A stretch of DNA of 64,000 nt from a virus (taxonomy: Duplodnaviria; Caudoviricetes). The first letter of the stretch is position 1, and the number at the start of each line of letters is the position of its first letter. The stretch is taken from positions 1 to 64,000 of IMG/VR virus record IMGVR_UViG_3300021399_003927. One strand, 5' to 3'. Below are positions 61,855 to 64,000 of the stretch, in pieces. The notes under the pieces are model-generated. The model searched no databases, was not told the DNA's origin, and was given only the letters and a program-made list of their open reading frames with translations. Both the position numbers and the translations under genes were made by a program.

Positions 61855-62329
61855 TGTCTCTGATATGTTCCACTGCGCTCGTAAGGGCTACAGCAATTGC
61901 CTTTTCAATATTATTGCTTCTAGAAGAATCAGCTTCAATCTTTACATACTTGAAAGTGACTCTTCCATTTATTTTCTTGCACACACAAATCCATATTGTA
62001 CTATTTTCACTGTCCTTATGGATAAATGCGTCACCAATAACACTAATACATACATCTACGTTAAACATGTAAGATGCATATAATGCAGTTTTCATGGCCA
62101 CTTGAGAACTGTATAAACCATTCGCCTCTATAACATCTTCACCTATTCTCATCAACGTTTTAAGGGCATCGTCATTGAAATAGTTAAGAGTACCCTTATA
62201 AATTGTTGGAACGGCACATACGCTTCCTATGGTTGCTCCAAGCAGTCCACAAGTACAATTCTCAACTGTTGCTATCGTTAGACCTCTGTTGAGGATTTCT
62301 AAGGCTAATTCTTTTAACTCTTTATTCAT
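61847..62329 (-). CDS. CinA C-terminal / PncC (NMN deamidase)-like protein, degenerate
   Basis: TIATVENCTCGLLG (cf. AESCTGG), G.YSSQVA..MA-like segment, SVIGDA (cf. TGIAGP). Confidence 0.75.
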   Translation of the reverse strand: MNKELKELALEILNRGLTIATVENCTCGLLGATIGSVCAVPTIYKGTLNYFNDDALKTLMRIGEDVIEANGLYSSQVAMKTALYASYMFNVDVCISVIGDAFIHKDSENSTIWICVCKKINGRVTFKYVKIEADSSRSNNIEKAIAVALTSAVEHIRDNG

Positions 62330-62678
62330 TGAAATAAACGTTTTTGTCAATATTAAGTTCTCTAAACACGTCCATGATTTTTTTGTTGATGTCTTGTTTC
62401 TGCTTTTTCAGTTTGGTTATGATGTTCTTTAAAGCTTCTTCCTTGTTAAGGAAATATACATCATCTACAGATGATTTTTTCAAATCATAAATAATGAAAT
62501 GGCAACTATCACCCCACCAATCATGCGTTTGCCTACCTAGCTTATCCATGAAAAGGCAAAGTAATCGTCCTTGGCCTTCATCAATAGGCTTAATTCTTTT
62601 GGTTTCAACCTTATTTCCTTTTATCACGTATACTGGATAAATCTCTCCAATAGTTAAATCTTTAAATGTAAGTGTCAT
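62322..62678 (-). CDS. Hypothetical protein
   Basis: LTFKDL start shared with 22089..22379; FLNKEEA motif. Confidence 0.6.
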   Translation of the reverse strand: MTLTFKDLTIGEIYPVYVIKGNKVETKRIKPIDEGQGRLLCLFMDKLGRQTHDWWGDSCHFIIYDLKKSSVDDVYFLNKEEALKNIITKLKKQKQDINKKIMDVFRELNIDKNVYFNE

Positions 62679-62896
62679 TTCATATACTTTTTATTAAATT
62701 TTTTGCAAATATATGAAAAAAAATTGAGAAAGACAACCATCTTCCTCAACTTTAACAATCTTTAATTTTACATTTGTTCTGTGCTCTGTTTATCTTGTTG
62801 TAAAAGTTAATCCTTTTCAACTTATCAGTAGACTTATTGGCTGTAGCCAAATAAGAATTCTTAGCTTTTTTCTTTTTATTTAAACTAGTCATATTG

Positions 62897-63076
62897 GGAG
62901 TCTGGAGGGAATCGAACCCACATTATGTTTAAACCGACACACTAAATGCGCTTCCCTACTTGTGTTTCACCACGTTTTCGGTGCATCCGCAAAAATACAA
63001 GACCTTAATTCAGATTCTCTATCGGTAATAGCCACTGCATTTGCTACCGCATTGTCCATTTTATGCTACAGACTCC
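62897..63076 (-). ncRNA. 180-nt tRNA-like RNA: His-type 8-bp acceptor, 10-nt anticodon loop, ~100-nt variable-arm domain
   Basis: GGAGTCTG/CAGACTCC, GCAT/ATGC D stem, GTAGC/GCTAT, ACCGATA/TGTCGGT, GTGGG-TTCGATT-CCCTC. Confidence 0.75.
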
Positions 63077-63085
63077 ATATATTAA

Positions 63086-63565
63086 TTACACATTGTAATC
63101 CGTGAATCTTACTTCTGATTTGTTATATATTTTTGAACTTGATTTATTATATTCATCCTCGTTAACAATTCTACCAAGTAAAGCAAAATATAAAGGATGG
63201 CAAGTAAATTCAGAACCATTGTCATCGAATTTTATTGTAACTTCTTCTGACCACATCTGGTTTCTGTTAATCTCCACTAAATGTTTCTCGTTTGAACATA
63301 CAAGACTGAAACGGCCTCTAGATACTATCTCCCCTAATCTATAGTGTTTGTTGACAAAACACTCTCGATATATCATTGGATTTGTCATATTACTGTTGTA
63401 ATACTTGGTGTCCATTACAAACACTCTGTCTCCAATATTGAAGAAACATTTATATGGAGTTCCATATTTTTCATACGAATTGTGGGAAGGCCATAATACC
63501 ACCATTCCGTCAACTCTTCCTACTTCACAAGTTTCAACCCTTATGAATTTTTTTTGTTTGTTCAT
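63086..63565 (-). CDS. Hypothetical protein (SH3-like FNIGDRV)
   Basis: 159-aa ORF. Confidence 0.6.
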   Translation of the reverse strand: MNKQKKFIRVETCEVGRVDGMVVLWPSHNSYEKYGTPYKCFFNIGDRVFVMDTKYYNSNMTNPMIYRECFVNKHYRLGEIVSRGRFSLVCSNEKHLVEINRNQMWSEEVTIKFDDNGSEFTCHPLYFALLGRIVNEDEYNKSSSKIYNKSEVRFTDYNV

Positions 63566-63593
63566 TTTGTTTGTTTCTTTTTTTTAGTATTAA

Positions 63594-63752
63594 AAATAGG
63601 TTTGCTTGTACCAACCTTAAAGGTATCCTCTTATCCATCAAGGAACTAGGGCAAGGGGTCAATCCTCGCACAGCATTACTGCTTGCCTACCATTTCTTAC
63701 GTGGTTTGCGCTTGTCTAACTATTTCAGCACCCAATATGGGTGCGCCAAGCC
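63594..63752 (-). ncRNA. GC-rich multi-hairpin RNA downstream of a tRNA
   Basis: GCACCCA/TGGGTGC, ACCA/TGGT, AGCA-GTAA-TGCT, GCGAGG/CCTTGC, TACC/GGTA; possible GCTTG/CAAGC closure. Confidence 0.45.
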
Positions 63753-63756
63753 GTAG

Positions 63757-63832
63757 TTGGGAATTCTGGGCTCGAACCAAAACATCCTAGTGAATCAGAC
63801 TAGGCGCATTAACCATTTTTTGCTAATCCCCA
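63757..63832 (-). tRNA. Atypical tRNA, nominally Ile(GAT), with a Gln-like acceptor and 6-bp anticodon stem
   Basis: TGGGGAT/ATTCCCA, CCTAGT-CTGATTC-ACTAGG, TTTGG-TTCGAGC-CCAGA. Confidence 0.7.
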
Positions 63833-63924
63833 ATGGGGCAGACAACCTTATTACTACCATCCTCACATTTAGTCACCCCCCAAACATGAGTTTTATGTCA
63901 ATCTGACAAAGGAAAATGGATGCG

Positions 63925-64000
63925 TGAGCGTAGTGGGATTCGAACCCACGTAGCTTATTGCCATAATAGTTTTAGAGACTATCCTAATAGACCACTCTAG
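63925..64000 (-). tRNA. Amber suppressor tRNA (anticodon CTA), long variable arm; 5' end beyond the window
   Basis: CTAG/TTAG D stem, ATAGT-CTCTAAA-ACTAT, TGGC-AATAA-GCTA variable arm, GTGGG-TTCGAAT-CCCAC, A73. Confidence 0.88.

Larger units (their letters stand above)
4452..62738 (-). promoter_or_regulatory. Dispersed family of ~25 Bacteroidota sigma70-type early promoters (TTTG -33, TAnnTTTG -7)
   Basis: Plus-strand (T/G)GCAAA-nnTA...CAAA-type motif starting near 4452, 5479, 14609, 16678, 18258, 20196, 21121, 22508, 23712, 28333, 32034, 33564, 36275, 38600, 40777, 45162, 46380, 48439, 50024, 50893, 57630, 57736, 59934, 61185, 62704; nearly all lie just upstream of a minus-strand ORF; the -33 box is degenerate in a few. 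Confidence 0.9.

Noticed and set aside
63594-63752. Hammerhead ribozyme
   Set aside because: The CTGAnGA and GAAA core is not present in the required arrangement
55-63756. Many plus-strand ORFs outside 5539-11697 in the ORF track
   Set aside because: Antisense shadows of minus-strand genes or RNAs, with no motifs or expression signals
1-64000. Genome-wide TAG or TGA stop-codon reassignment
   Set aside because: Recognisable enzymes and long ORFs are full length under code 11, with no fragmentation pattern in this window
1-64000. CRISPR array
   Set aside because: The repeated TGCAAATATA motif is dispersed, gene-associated and matches a promoter; there is no repeat-spacer periodicity

Overview
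A 64-kb segment of a large (jumbo-type) lytic dsDNA phage genome, very probably infecting Bacteroidota (Prevotella-like hosts). The host inference rests on about 25 copies of the Bacteroidota sigma70 promoter (TTTG..TAnnTTTG) and on Bacteroidales-type lipoprotein genes. Almost all genes are on the minus strand as short early-type modules. A plus-strand island (5.5-11.7 kb) carries Cys-rich, virion-like and LRR genes behind a different TATTTAT(T/A)A motif. Recognisable functions fall into four groups: (1) NAD+/ADP-ribose metabolism (PncA, PncB, NadD, degenerate CinA/PncC, NADAR, TIGR02452-type macrodomain, Nudix, HIT); (2) RNA repair and maturation (two ATP-dependent RNA-ligase-like proteins, CCA-adding HD enzyme, phosphoesterase, YqeY); (3) DHFR, a minimal PolB-like protein, an M20/M28 peptidase with two WCI-motif paralogues, an AAA ATPase and surface lipoproteins; (4) a tRNA region. 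The tRNA region holds a few normal tRNAs, an Ile(CAT) tRNA split by a 623-nt Azoarcus-like group I intron, an amber-suppressor (CUA) tRNA, and a set of remodelled tRNA-like RNAs and other structured ncRNAs. All calls come from reading motifs and base-pairing by eye; no database search was run.
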